This document shows positions 12,702-26,500 of a stretch of DNA of 64,000 nt, in pieces. Source of the stretch: Gonapodya sp. JEL0774 (Eukaryota); NCBI GenBank assembly GCA_027604505.1, contig JADIIX010000032.1, forward strand, positions 1-64,000, in the 5' to 3' direction. Both the position numbers and the translations under genes were made by a program. Numbering within the stretch: the stretch's first letter is position 1; each line of letters begins with the position of its first letter. The notes beneath the pieces were generated by a model. The model was given only the letters and a program-made list of their open reading frames with translations, had not been told where the DNA came from and searched no databases.

Positions 12702-14892
12702 ATGCCCGCCCAAGACATCACTGCCCAGTTTGTGACGGCCCTCCAATCGAATCTGGATGCGCATCGAGCGTCACGAAATGGAAAAATAGGTGATCGGGGT
12801 TCGGCTGGTGGCCATACCGGGACAACGGAGATTCAAACCATCCAGCTTCACCCGAGAAGCAAACGAGCCGGGAACGAAGACCCATTCACTAAGGAAGCAT
12901 ATCGAATTGTAAGCCTTGGTGTAAACCTTGTTGCGTTTCACTCTCGTTGGTGCTTTCACTTCAATTCTAATGTTCTTGCCCTTTCTCGAACTTATAATGG
13001 ATAACGCGACAGGGGCAGACAATCCACATTCTGCGCGCCTTTCTCGCTGCAATACGTATCCCATACCTCCGCGTCTCCTCTAGCTCTTTTGCAAACCATG
13101 CCCCACTCCCAAGTCGCCCTGTTCAGCCCGTGACCGTTCCCTTACTCACATTTGACTTGGACTCCGACATTGATGCAAACGTAGGAAGCGTTGGAAGGCA
13201 ATTGAAGACAATCGAAGTGAGGGAGGTGACCGAGGCCATGAGGGATGAAATCGACGCGCAAGTGGTAGTTTTCTTAAAGAAGGGCTTGGAGATGGTTGGA
13301 AATCTCAAAGTTGCATTAGGTGAGCTGCGAGCTGTGAATGAAGTGTGAACGAAACGTCAGATCTTGCCAATACTGGGAGGACGCCGTGAACAATCATCCA
13401 CCGTCGGCGCAAGTCCAGCTCTTGAAGATCCGGGCGATGCGGCACGACCATTGGTGACTTCGCTGCCAGTGTTCTAGGAGGCGGAAAGTTGAGGAGGCTG
13501 TGGTGATGGATACAGCAGGTTCGAAACGTTCGTGACCAAGAGAGGTACTCCGGGGACGCCGCGGGATTCGTTCTGACCACCATCTTTGCAATGGATGAAT
13601 TCGCTTACTGAGTGCTCCGTCTGGGGACGGTGTTTGCAGCGTTGAGCTTGCTGGATGCTTCAAAATAGGGCTGAGCAGGAGGCCCCGCCTTACTCTATCT
13701 CCTCGCCCACACAGATGAATCCCTTCCACCTCCCCTGCCCACTCTCCCTTCGTTCGCCTCACTTCTTCCCGCCGACTCCGCTAGTGCTCAACCACCCGCA
13801 CCGCCAACACCAACCGTTCGGGATCACCGTCTTGCAGTTCTATGGCATCTTGAGCACCAGCTCATGCTGGCGGCGAAGGCACAGAAAGAGATGAGAGACA
13901 TTTGGAACGAGAAAGAGGCGAAGAGAAGAGAGATGTGAGTTTTTAATGACAAGAATTTCGACTTGTCTATGTTCGGGAACCTGCTTCCTTTTTTTGTGAA
14001 TCTGATCATTCGAACTTTTGCAAGCTTTGAGCCTCGAATCTACGATCCCTTGATAGTCAAACCTGTGAAAAAAAATCCACCGCCTTCCGCCACCTCTCCG
14101 TCTCGAGTTCCCACACCATTCTCCGACGGTCCAACAGAAGTGCGTTCGTCTTCGTCACCACCTGGCCGCTTCCCTTCCTCTTCATCAACATCTCCAGCTA
14201 TGGATCCTAATGTTGACCCCATCTCCAGGGTTTCTACGTCATCCCGATTTGATTCGAACAGTGGAGAGGAAGGTTCTGTAGCTGAGAAGGAAAAGGACTT
14301 TGCCCGCTTATTTGACAGCCACTCCGGTGAGCGTTCCTCGGAGAGCGGTTGGGGCTTACGTCAGAGGAATGCAGCCCGGGCAAGGAGTGGAGCTACGGCC
14401 AACTGGGATATCACAGACACTTACACCAACAACTCGTCGTTGCCTCCGGAGCCGGCGATCGACACTGAACGTGATGACGACTTCCTTGCCTCACTCACGT
14501 CTGAAGAGCTTCAATTGCTCGAACAAGAACAAGAGCTGCTTGCCGCCGAATTACACGGACGCACCCAAGCGGCCATGGATGTTGCCCAGACTGTGAGCGA
14601 GATTGCCCAGATGCAAGCGCAAATGGCGCAGCATCTAGAAGCGCAAGATGTGAGTCGGCCACGGCTCACCACAACCTTTCTTTTGAGGCTACATCACCTC
14701 GATGTGTTTTGTTCTTCTTAGGAAACCGTCAGCCGGGTGTACATGGAAACCCATACCACCGTTGCCACTCTCGCCAAGGCCAATGAATACCTTCGTAGTG
14801 CAGTGATGACGGGTTCCGACTTGACGATGATGGCAATTGTTTTTTTCTGGGTTATGGCCTTTGTGGTCCTTTTCTTGGACTGGTATGGATAG
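12702..14892 (+). CDS. UFE1: ER t-SNARE syntaxin-18/Ufe1
   Basis: N-peptide DITAQF, DPFTKEAYRI..I..LRAFL, SNARE coiled coil (LQLLEQEQ..VSEIAQMQAQMAQHLEAQ), C-terminal anchor VFFWVMAFVVLFLDWYG*. Confidence 0.85.
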
Positions 14893-15086
14893 TGAGGAGT
14901 GTGAGTAGCTGGTAATTGTACTAGTACTGTATTGAAAATACCTGGAGATGGAGGACGAGATGCGAAATTGTAAATTCTGGAACCCCATCATATACGCGCA
15001 GTCGAATCCATGAAGTGCCAGTATAATTATTAACAAATACTTCCTCACTATATATAGGTAAAACATTGTACTAGGCCGAGTCGTGA

Positions 15087-17905
15087 TCAAACGTCTGCCA
15101 CAACCTTCTCCTCGATAGCCTCCTTCTCGTGAGTGTCGATGGGAATGCCTTGCGCCTCCATCCTCTTCCGAGCGAGGCTGTTCTGGTATCGCAGAGCAAG
15201 GGGAATGCAAGCGTACAAGCCGACCCCAACACCGAAGACAACACCGGCGATGGTTAGACCCGGAACGTACTACAGAAGAATATTTCGACATGAGTACGAG
15301 AATCATTATGTGAAAATAGAGGCTGAGAAGACTTACGAGCGGACCATCGCTCTTGGGGAAGAGGAAGGGAGCGGCTATAAGAGAGGGGATGCTTAAGCTT
15401 CTTCCGAAGTGGAATCAATGGAGATGAGCCAACACGCACAAATCTGAGAGACGGCTTGACTGATTAGAACGGCACTGATTCCCAGACCGGCTTGCGTTGA
15501 ACCTCTCAAGGTGCTTTGTCGGAACTGCAACAACGTGTGATGTAAGTTAGTAAAAGTAATAGAACAGAAACTAAAACACGAGTGTTACTACTCACGTTAA
15601 TCAGAACTGGTTGCGACCCGGACTGGATACCAATACCAAAGAACATCAAGTAACGAGCCCAGTTAGGCATGAAACCTGGGTTAGTGTCGGTCGGGGGGTT
15701 CTTGGCCGCCGTAACGAGAAGTGCCACCGAGATCGTGCAAATAATGGACGGGACTATGAACAGTAGCACGAAGTTAGAGTTCAATATAGAGGCTTTTAGA
15801 GTTGGAAGGTGAAAACTTACTCAACCCGTGCCATACACGCTCGCGGGTGTAATCGGAGTGCCAAGCGGGAACGCCGTACGTGAGGATACCTAAACGGCAA
15901 ATGCATGGTAAGAATCAAATAAAAATAACTTGAGCAATATTTCGCGTACCCCAGAAGCTTGGGAATGCGCTGAACAGATTTTGTTGAACCGAAGTCGTGA
16001 AACCCATTCCTGACAGAATCGAGGGGAGGAAGTTGGAAGTTCCCACGATACCGAACGACATGCAGAAGAAGCTAGCCATGAACTAAAAACATTGTGCGAA
16101 GTCATTAGCTCAAATACAAATACAGCAAAAGGAGAGCCATGGGTCGTTTTGTACGTACGAGCCACTGAGCTGGTTGCAAGAACAGTGTGATGGCTTCGTC
16201 GAGAACAAAGTTCTTATCGTGCATGGTGGGTGCGTTTTTGGGTAGTCGGATGATGGCGACGTTTTGCTCTTCCGGGGTCTTATTAAAATCCGAACCAATA
16301 AGCATGGTGAAATTAGGGGACACTGCAGTCAGCGTTTGTCTCACCAGGTATGTCGTGGGGCTGTGCGGAAATTCCGGAAGCAACAAGTAGACAGCGATAC
16401 CGATAAGAATGGCTGGAATGCCCTTTTTTGTCCAGCGATCGAGTGTTAGGTTGAGCGGATCCCAAACAACCACCTGCATCAACCCACTTCGATGATGAAC
16501 ACCCATTGCCAAGACTTCAGTCCTGCAAGACTGGAGAGGAACCTCGGATCAGTACTTGCCCCCCTTTCCCGACACTCAAGCTTTGAGTCAACTCACCCGT
16601 TCATGCGACCCAACCCGATGGCGGCCAATCCTGATACTCCTCCACCAACACTGACGGCGGTGTAGAAGAGAGCGTTTCGTGTAGCGCGCTCGGTGGGTTT
16701 GTACCAGAAAGTGAAGTAGCTTGGTTGGGGGGCGTTTGTTACTTGGATATTCCCGACGAAGAGCAGACTATTCTACCACTACCACTCACTAGAACACTCC
16801 TGGAATCAGACCAGCCTCGCAGAGACCGAGAACAAAACGGGCGGCAAGCAATCCTGGGAATCAGCCGCAACTTGTGAGCGAAGGGCCTCAGTGAGCGTCA
16901 TCTTCATTCATAAGACTCACCAGCTGTGTTGGTGACGGCGGCCATGCACATGACGACAATGCCCCAAGAGACAATGATCCGAGCGAGCCAGAAACGGGCG
17001 GAGAATTTTTTCTTTTGTTTTAGTACGGTGTATGGTAAGAGAATTGATGCGAACGCAACAGTTCCATAACATTGATAGAGAGCAACACCTACCAAGGCAA
17101 TGTTGGAAGGCGCTTCAGCAACAAGGAAGCCATAGTAGGGAAGGGCAATGGCCCAATTCCAGTTGTTGCCGTCAATGCCGAGAGATGTCTCGATAGCATC
17201 GGGTGTTCCTCCTTCGAGGACACGGACGTTGGCAAGATTCTAGAGCATGAACAAACGACATGAGTCTGAATAGCATACGGACACAGTGGCTATCAGGATA
17301 TGACTCACTGCTCGGTCCTGTGTAATAGTTCATCGGAGTCGTTCAACACCACGAGTGTGAATGTCATTAGGACTTGCAAATAGCGGGATCATTGTTCTGC
17401 GCGGAACCCACAATGTACGCAATGAAGAACACAAGCCATACAAGTGGCATAACTAAAAACAGTAAAGAACGTGAGTCATCAACACTCGAAATGAGAAAGT
17501 GGGGCGATTCAACGTACTCCTCAAATCCAACTTCCGGACCAGCTTCTTCTCCACTTCCGGATCCCATGTTACGGGGGGCAGCTGAAGGGTTGAAAATCTT
17601 TATAGTTCGCTACTGTTTGTGCTGATGAAGTGCCGGACTGCAATGTACTCACGAGCTTGTCCTCCTCCGTCACAACGTTGTCCCCAACCTTTGCAGGCCT
17701 CCAGAAGTTCCGGATATCATACGAGCCAGTCTCCACCAAGTAATCCACACTAGCGAAATGGGGGAGGCAGTTATGAGAGACATCATTTGGAATCGATAGT
17801 CGTTGTTTCCGTCCGTTGTGTTTGGGCTCTCGGCCAGTCCTTTTGCCTTGGCCCTCCCAGTTGGGTGCACAATCGTCGATGGTCCACTTACGCCCACTGA
17901 ACCAT
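15087..17905 (-). CDS. MFS transporter, anion:cation symporter (Dal5/Tna1-like) family, many introns
   Basis: EKKLVRKLDLR, ARFWLARIIVSWGIVVMCMAAV, ARFVLGLCEAGL, YFTFWYKPTERATR, IAVYLLLPEFP, YVPGLTIAGVVFG. The start MVQWA is inferred via a first intron. Confidence 0.9.
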
Positions 17906-19484
17906 TGTGTTCCCGAATAGAATGAGTTCCAAGTTATTGGGCCGTGTTACTTTATTACTTCGAGCGGGCTATATGTACTGCCGACATGACAAGCGAGGGT
18001 CCTATACAAAAAAGACACCGAACGCCCTTCACCTTTCCGAGGCGCCAATTTTCTTCTTATTTTCCCGCGCTCGGAAACGGTCATTATATGTATGCACTCG
18101 AGTCCTGCGATTCGGTCATTTCGCAGTTCTTTCCAGAATCACCGATTGTGATTGTCTTGGCTGTCCCTGTCGGTCCCTGGCGTTTCTACCTAGCTCGGTT
18201 TTACTCAATGTTTATTCTATACTGTGATAATGTAAACAACCACAGAGAGCGTCTCTTCCTGTAATTAGAGACATTACCGGGGATTTCCATCACTTTCAAT
18301 GGTGTTCAAGAAGAACACGTCGTTGGAGGAAGTGGAAGTACCAATCAAACCTGAGAATCGGATAGGAAGAAAAATTCATTTTTCGATCCATTCCTGTAAC
18401 CCATGTGAACAGAACTGTACAACTTTTTGTCTCTCAAACTGTTCGGGCGCCCATCTGCACCCATCCCCGCCCAAGGCCCGGACTGTGGACGTCTCCCCGC
18501 AGTAATCGAGGGAGAAAAGGCCGAGGAATGCACATCGGACAATTTTATTATATTTGGCAAACGCAATATGTGTGCACATCAGGTGCTACATAGTATACAT
18601 GACTCATGGGATATGTATGTATTGACGACGTGCAGAAATCTGATGGGTTATTGTAAAGTGCCGAGCTCAACAGAACCTGCATCAAGTCCAGAAAGACCTC
18701 AGAAAAGTCCAGCAGGCAGAGCAGGTTGCGATGTCCGATGCATTTTGAGTCCGCAACTTGCAATCGGAAGCTGTTATACCGCGGGTGGGTGTGACAGGGA
18801 TCGGCGAACAACCACAGGGAGAGAGGGAGAGGAACAGCTGCACAGGCAATACGGATATACAATCAGACCATGTCCATCTACTGAAGCACTGGTGTCCAGT
18901 TGTGGGGTACACTGAGTGGCCCGACAGATACGTTGGCGCCGGGGCATTATTATCTGTCTCCACCAAGTTATCCGACTCTGCTAGCACCATGTGTCGGCCA
19001 AAACACAAAGCACTAATGTGTCAGACCATCCACCGAGGACGGACACGAATCATCGAAAATAGTCCCCTACGTTCTCGTTCATGTGATAAGCACAGAGAGG
19101 TGTCCGTCAAAGTACTTTCCGTGTGAAGTCAGGCGGCTCATTCGCAGAGCACATTGGCGCGACCAAGTCGGCATAGGAGGAAATACCTTGTTTATGAGGA
19201 TCTCAGAAATGCGCGAGTTGTTGAAAGGTCAATGTGCTGCAAATCAGGCCTTCGTGTGAACTGAAACACAGTCCTCTGCAAGCAAACTTCATGAATTGGC
19301 GGTGTCGGCGTTACGTCACATGCTTATCAATCATAACGTGTGACACATGATGTGGCCGGTGGCTCGGCGATGAATGGATCGCTGTACAAATTGAGGATTG
19401 AATCAGTCGTTGGTGTCTTATGTAATTGGTCGGTGGTGTTTGTCGGTGTTGGCAGTTGGGGCCGGTTGCTCTTATTTTGTACAC

Positions 19485-21717
19485 ATGTCAACCACACGTC
19501 ACGTCTCAACGCCAATCCAACCAGAGCGCCGTCGACAATCCTTGCAATCCATTCTGCTGTCCTCCACGTCCGCATCGTTATGGGGTTACCTCGCTGGCGT
19601 CGCGCTATCGCTCGTCCCCTCCGTTTTGCGCCTGATTCTCCGCCAGCTGCGAGCGACTGCCGTGGAAATAACAAAACTGAATGCGACAAAGCGAGCCAGA
19701 GCCGTCGCGGTAGCGCGGTTGATGGCGACCCTTGGAAAAGGGGTAGCGCTGCTGGTCAAGGGTGGACTCAGGGGGAACAAACCAGGACTGGCAATCGCCA
19801 TTGTGATGGGCGGCGGGAGACTTTTAGAACCGGGACTAGTGGCACTCGCGAGGAGGTGGAGGAGCGGGGGGACAGGACAAGCTCAAGGGACGGACTCTGT
19901 GCTCATCCCAACCAAGTCGGTGGGAGACGCCCCGTTTCCCTCGACGAACGGAAATGAAAAACGACAAAGTATTGTCGTGGGGCAGACCAGGGTGGCAAAA
20001 GCCACTGCAAATGGAAATGGTACAAACTTGGGAAACGGAAAACCACTTCCTCCCTCACAATGCGGTCATGAACCCAGCACCTCCGCAACCTCAGCACAAC
20101 CCTCCTCTCTATCTCCCGAATCTAACTCAGTGCCTCTTACTGCGTCTGCAATGTCTTCCAACGCATCCCTTATTCCCTTCGTGGCCTTCGCACTCCCGGC
20201 GCTCGTGGCATTCCCTCTCCTCCCTCCTCGTGCTCTCACTGAAACTTCGCTAACGGCCATAGCCACCGCAGCAGATGTGATTGTGGGATGGGATGCGGTT
20301 GGAGGAGCGTGCCGGAGGTGGGCAATTGGATGTGGTGTTCCCGAGCTCGTTCTGGACAATTGCGAGTGAGTAAACCATAGTTATTCTTTACGCGAGATGT
20401 GAGGTGACGGTGAGAGCCAAACGCAAAACGGTGGGGTCTCTCACTCTAGCGGTGTCGCAGGATGAAGGAGGACCCTTCGCTGCGTCGCTTGTGTCAGACT
20501 CCTTCTCCACCAGACCCTCTCATTGCACTTCATTTCGTGTCGCTGGTTCCACTCACAACCCCGTCCCTCAGAACCGCAGCCTTTACATTATGCACAACCC
20601 CAATCATGTTTTCCTGGTTCTACGCGCCTCACGCTCTGCCACGGTGGGTTCTCTCTTCCTTCGACAGCTGGCCGACCCTTACACTGAATTGTGCTGATCT
20701 TCCTCACTGTGTATACGCTCCCATCTCCTCTAGCGGTCTCTCCTCGTTCATCACACATCTCTCACACATCTCCCCTCTCTTCCTCCTCGCCCTCCGCAAC
20801 CTCCACCTGGGCACAATGGTTTACGGACAATCGACACCGGACCAGATGTTCCTCGTCCCCTTGGCTCAAAGGCATGGTTTTCCGGAATGGTGGGGTGATC
20901 CAGGAAAAGTAGACATGTTCCCGTGTGAGATGGTCCACGGTGGGAACTGGGGCTGCGGGGAAAATATCGGGAGAAGGGCAGTCGCTGGAGGGTGGGGTGG
21001 CTTTCAGGTATGTCACGATGTCCTTCCCACACATATAGGCTTCTCTGTTCAATCCTCAATCTACTGCTCCCCGCCGTCTCTCAGCTCCTTCTGCCGATCA
21101 ACGGTGCTTCCTTTGTGTTCCGCCTTCTCCGTCGACCTTCTCTCTTCCGTTCCCCCGCCGAACTTCTTTCAGCCCTCCTCGCGTTGGTCGTGTCTTCGGC
21201 CCGATCGGGCGTTTTCCTTGCGGTCTTTGTTGCACTCGTGTGGACACCTATATGTGGGCTGCGGAGTTACGTACTGCCACGCGGAGCTGCCGACGTGGAA
21301 GTTTGGGGTCCGCTCCTCGGGTGAGTGCTTTTCGCTCGGGCGTTTTGGTTTCGGTTGCCCTGACTTGCCCGCACCATCAATACCATCAATGCCGCGTTTA
21401 GATCGGCATTAGCATCTCTTTCGCTTCCAATTGAACACCCATCGCGCCGCCACGAGCTCGTCCTTTTCTCCCTCCCTCGTGCGATTTCAGCTTCGTGGGT
21501 CATATTAACGTCCTCGTCATTCTCGCCACGCTCGATATCAAGCGTTCCAAGAAACCAAGTCAGAGCGGTGGAGAAAATGTTGGAAGTCGTGGGGGGAGCG
21601 GTTGCCTGTGGGGTGCTTTCGGTAGGTTGGAGAGCGGGTGGATTCAGGGTCAGAGGGTGGCGGAGGACAGCGGTAAAGTGGGTATTTGGTGGAGTCGAAG
21701 GAGAAGAGTCGTCATGA
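19485..21717 (+). CDS. TMEM135/PMP52-like membrane protein
   Basis: IMFSWFYAPHALP, FPCEMVHGG, SARSGVFLAVFVALVW and the family-like IEHPSRRHELVLFSLPRA. Stop TGA 21715-21717. Confidence 0.75.
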
Positions 21718-22140
21718 GAGGAGTGGACGTGGAAAGCGAGTGGTTAAGACAGCTGCACATGCTAGGGAGCGGTAGGTCACTGGTTTCCGGTAGTGCGAAC
21801 GTTTTTACATCTAGGTGCACATGATCATTGATATGGGTCAGACGTTCAACTAATGTAAATTTTTCTGATAACTAATTAATATTCTCGCACATTGACTCGG
21901 TTTCGGGTTGTGATTATGGTTTTTGGTGCTGTATGGGGACTACTTTCTCGACGGGACTATCCACCCCATTATTCTTCCGAACAGCGATCTCTCGATCGGT
22001 ACTGCTTCATGTTCATCATCGTCCAGTCCTTGTAATCCACCAACCGGATATCCTGGAAGGATGTTTTGGGTGGAAGATTGACCCATGAGAAACTACACCA
22101 AGGATCCGCAGAACTCGTTCCAGAACCACCATTCCAGATA

Positions 22141-23391
22141 CTACTCACGCTTTCTCCACTCAGATGGCTCTACATATTTATTTCCAAGCGCCCATATTCC
22201 TTTCTTCGCCGACCTATGATGAGAGGGTTTTGCATTGTGAAATAACAGTGGGCGGTGATATCGCATCTTGTCATGCGAAACTCACTTGGCCTTTCCCTCT
22301 GCCGCCTTCAGGAGTGCGTCCCTATCACCGGAAGTCTTGTCATAATCTGTGCGAGCAGAGGCAAAGCCTGAGCTGATGGAGCGACAGGGGGAGTCCCATA
22401 ATAGAGGGTGCCGACATGGTGTATAACGCCGTTCACACAAAATCATTCAGTACGGCAGACAGCCAACACATTTTCGTTCCCAACTCGCTCGAGTTTGTCC
22501 TCACCTAACCATCTCGAGTCCAACGTCCGTCCTCCACCATCGGGGACCTCTCCAAACGATCCCAACCACTCTCCCGTATCTGTCCTTTGCCATTGGTTTA
22601 ATGATGACCCGCCGACCCAAGACCAGTCTAGCAAGGTGGGATCGAGATTCGGATCCGAGCGGCTGTCCCGGAGTCCCAAAGTGCGGCAGTTCGGGGGCGT
22701 CGATTGACGCGAGGCGGATGGGGATTGTACCGGCTGCCCTGAGAGCTATAGTTGCCAGTCAGTTCAGTGTGTTTTGACGATACAAGGTTACTTCGTCATG
22801 GGAGGCAGACCTTGCGCACTTTTTGGAGGTTTCCGATGCAGAAAGTTTGTGTTATAGAACCGAATGGTATCGCCATCAGAGACCTTAGAAAATACAGAGC
22901 AATGAGGCCGAGGTCAATGTTTGATGAACCTTGTGGGCTTGGAATCCACCCAAGTTAGCGATAATTTTGTAGGTTGACAGCGACAATTGCCATCGATCGC
23001 CATCCAATTCTTGGCAATTGGCACTCATCGTCAAGTTTTGCGTCTAAGATCGCTCAAGTGTGATTCCATTCCTGCGCCCGGGAGGAAACAACAGGAGCTG
23101 TCACCTCCAAGAGCTCACTTTGGTAACATATCCCCGCAACAGAACGCCACGCTTGATGAAATCGCTCGTCAAGTATTCCGCGCTGGGGAATCTTCTGAAT
23201 CCATGGTATGCCACGAAGGATAAACCTCCTAGGGCCAAGACTCCAACACCGCCCGCAAAGTACAACAAATCTTCATCGATTTCGAGCTGTTCACGGGTCG
23301 AAAACGGTGTTGCAATGGGCAGTGCAATCGCTTGAGTGGAACCCGGAGCAGGAGCCCTCCGTGTTTGTGTTTGTGATGAATGAGTGCTCAT
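22141..23391 (-). CDS. LCL3: Lcl3-like staphylococcal-nuclease (SNase/thermonuclease) homolog with N-terminal TM anchor
   Basis: TM segment then FRRFPSAEYL..LRGYVTK, DGDN, IDAPE..HFGTPGQP, DRYGRVV, VGLEMVRRG, and C-terminal AKKGIWALGNKYVEPSEWRKRE*. Confidence 0.85.
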
Positions 23392-23439
23392 TGTTGCGTG
23401 GTCATCGTCATAACAGACAAACAATTTATGTAACATTGG

Positions 23440-26299
23440 TCACTGCAGCTGCTCAATACCTAACACTTTTGAGAAAAATTTCAGGCGTTCTTGGGCAGAA
23501 TCTGCAATGTTCTTCGCTTCCCTGAAGCCGTGACCCTCTCCTTCGTACACGACATATTTTACTTCCTTCCCACTGCCGTTGTCTCGAACAGCCCTGACGA
23601 TGAGTTCTGATTGTTCGGGTGGGACGACCTTGTCAGCACTGCCCTGGAGAATTATGATTGGGCACTGGATGTTGGCCCCGTAAGACACAGGGCTACGAAC
23701 GAGGTGATTTACTTGGTTTCCGTCCTTAGTAAGCGAAATAACAAACCTGCGTTCCTTGTAGACTTCCGGGATCTGTTCCACCGTCCCTCCGATCAACCCT
23801 GTGGAAGAACACACCGTTGTTGCTGGCCTTAATATAGAGTGGAAAGAGTGGTACATTTCTCACCGTCCAGATAACGAGCCTCAAATTTGTGGGTGAATTT
23901 CGCCAGATGAGTCAGATCTGCGACGCCATACAAGCTTGCTCCAGTCGCGAAAACAGACTCGGTGTAAGGAAGGTAAGGGAGCGGTAGAGAGAGGGAGAGT
24001 AGAACAGTGAATCCGCCGGCTGAGCCACCCTGAATGCAGATTCTATCAGAGCACGTTAGTATTTTGAGTCCAATATATGGTGCAAAGTTGTGCGTGGACG
24101 AGATACCTTTTTGCATCAACCAGACCCACATCACCCATGTACTTGGCAACTGCCACCGCATCGTCGACATCTGTGATGCCCCACTTGGTATCAAGACGGG
24201 ACCTAATTAAACACCCCCGTCAGGATTCGACACAATGCCATCGCTGATTGACGCGAAAGTCATGGTGTTGTTGAACTCACACGTACTCCCTTCCATAGCC
24301 TGTGCTACCACCGTAATTGAGTTGGCATACCGCCCAGCCTCGTGTGGTCCAGTATAACGTTTGTAAATCGTAGATTGGGGACGCGTGGGCGGTTGGCTGG
24401 TAGGTTGAAAATGGCACACCAAATCAACAAAACGATAAAGGTCGTTCCTGACGTCATGGTAACCTACACCGCCGTGCACAACTACCACACAAGGTGATTT
24501 CTCGTTCTCGGGACCTTGTATTCCACATAATTATCCCTCTGTGTATCGATGGGCACAAGGGCAGCAACTTCATACCTTCAAAGTCCCCGCTCTTCGGACC
24601 ATAGAAAATGGCGTGTGCGGTCCGTCCTCCCCGCGTCGCAAACTCAATCGCACGGGGCTCTGAGATAAACTCAACGCCTAATTCAGCTGTCGATGTTGCC
24701 TTGATGACTTGAAACGTAAGCTTCACATCACCGGCACTCTTGGGCTCGCCTGTGACCTCGAGCAAGAATAGCGTGAGCGCAGCCGGCTGTGTGCCACTAC
24801 TTGCGGTGCCAACAGCGGCAAAAGTACCCTTTGGCAGTCCTGGAATCGGCACCGGGTGAAGGGATCCAATGGAGGAATACGGTGATGGGAGGTCGATGAG
24901 TTTGCCAGATGGCAGGTAAATAAGTGCGAGGCGAGATGTGGCGCGGACAGTGTATGATGTAAGAGCCAGGTTCGAGGAGAGGTGGGCGGTGTTGGACCTT
25001 GGTTTGGGGCATTGTACTTCAACAACTGTTCAAAAAGTGTGGCTCTAAGAGGAAGCGACATCTTCACCTTCCGAATAACCACGCCGGGATCGCGAATTCG
25101 CCTTCGATATCTTTGTCAAGAACTTGTTTTTCCACCCCTTCAGCCCACCGCCTTAGTGCCCAGAATCCCGATCGGTCGGTGGTGTAGAACAAAGTACCGT
25201 CTTCCCCAAACTGTGGCTGGGCGATCGACTCTCCACCAGTGAAAGGGGATTCGGGTTTGCGCAAAGACCCTGCAATGATGGAAGTGTTCCCCGATGCATC
25301 GCGGAGGTTCAGAAGAGTACCAGACCATGGCTGTTCCAGGACGTGCGAAAGGTACGAAGAAGACGTTGGACGACAGTGCAAGTACTCTTTGACGTCTATC
25401 GCATGGTCGTTTGCTCACCATATTAGGATGCATCCAGCTCAGGAAACAGATTTTTTGGCCGTCGAGACTGTACTTTGGGTCGGAATAGAAATCCGATCCC
25501 CCAGCAACCTGAGCGACCTCCCACGAGGACTCCTCCGCGGGGGCACCTTTGGGAGAAATACGCACGCTCACGACAGAATTGATTGGTTCTGCATGCTCGT
25601 CTTCCGCAGAATGCGCCTCACGCACGCAAAGGAGATGGTCGTGCGGTGGTAGAGGAGAGATGTGGAGGTCTGCATAACGGAATAGAGGACTGTCTGGTGT
25701 GATGGGAACGGGATTCAATGGCTTGTCCTCATCCTCAATCGAATCTCGAGCCACGTAGAGCCGGCGACTTTTGAAATCAGAGAATACGACGATCCCGGCG
25801 TGGACAGTGAACGGAGCTCCTCCTATTAGGAATCGTAAACTGCAAAATCTGATTGCGAGAAATGTGTAAGAGATAAAGCTCACCGTACCTGTTAAGGTGA
25901 CGGAAGACGAGTTACCATGATGACTGTTTAGCAGTCATCGAAAATTTCATTTTAGCCAAGCAGACTCACTCGTGGACCCCCGTTCTAGCGCTAAAAGGTG
26001 CAGGATTGATCTCCCTCGAAATGAATGTCACTTGTCCGGCTTTGAATCCACTTGGTCGCTGTCTCACAATCACTCCTCTCGCCGGAGATTCATAGGGTCT
26101 ATACATCAGTTTCATTGAGAGATCGCGACAACACATACTGAATTCCATGTACTGACCTGTTTTCCACCCAGTAGATCCAACCATTGGTTGCATCTACAGC
26201 AACATCGGATATGGATATAGAAGTAGCGGCGAGTGATGCAGCTGAGATGGGACTTTTCCATCCGCCATAGGGTGAAATCTTCTTGATGAGTGTAGCCAT
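23440..26299 (-). CDS. S9 family (prolyl oligopeptidase / acylaminoacyl-peptidase-like) serine peptidase
   Basis: N-terminal [27 protein letters not shown]-type motif, catalytic [24 protein letters not shown]. Confidence 0.93.
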
Positions 26300-26500
26300 C
26301 CTCCTGTGCGTCCCGATTGGCTGATGGGTGAATGAATTGGTGCTGCCACAGTCGGCAAGATTGCGTAGAGCATTCCATACGTTATTACATCACAACAGGG
26401 TCACTCTCGAAAGTTGCAGCATTATTACTCTGAGCACATGTAGAAAGTTGTGAGGACACTTTCTTGTTTACATTCTTTCCACCTCCGAGAACTCAAATTT

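Noticed and set aside
14689..15306. 205-aa minus-strand ORF and many similar 60-220 aa ORFs in the track
   Set aside because: They are alternative-frame or antisense shadows of spliced genes or UTRs with no recognisable motifs.
17910..19480. Short ORFs between the MFS and TMEM135-like genes
   Set aside because: No motifs or consistent splice structure; best read as divergent promoter or intergenic DNA.
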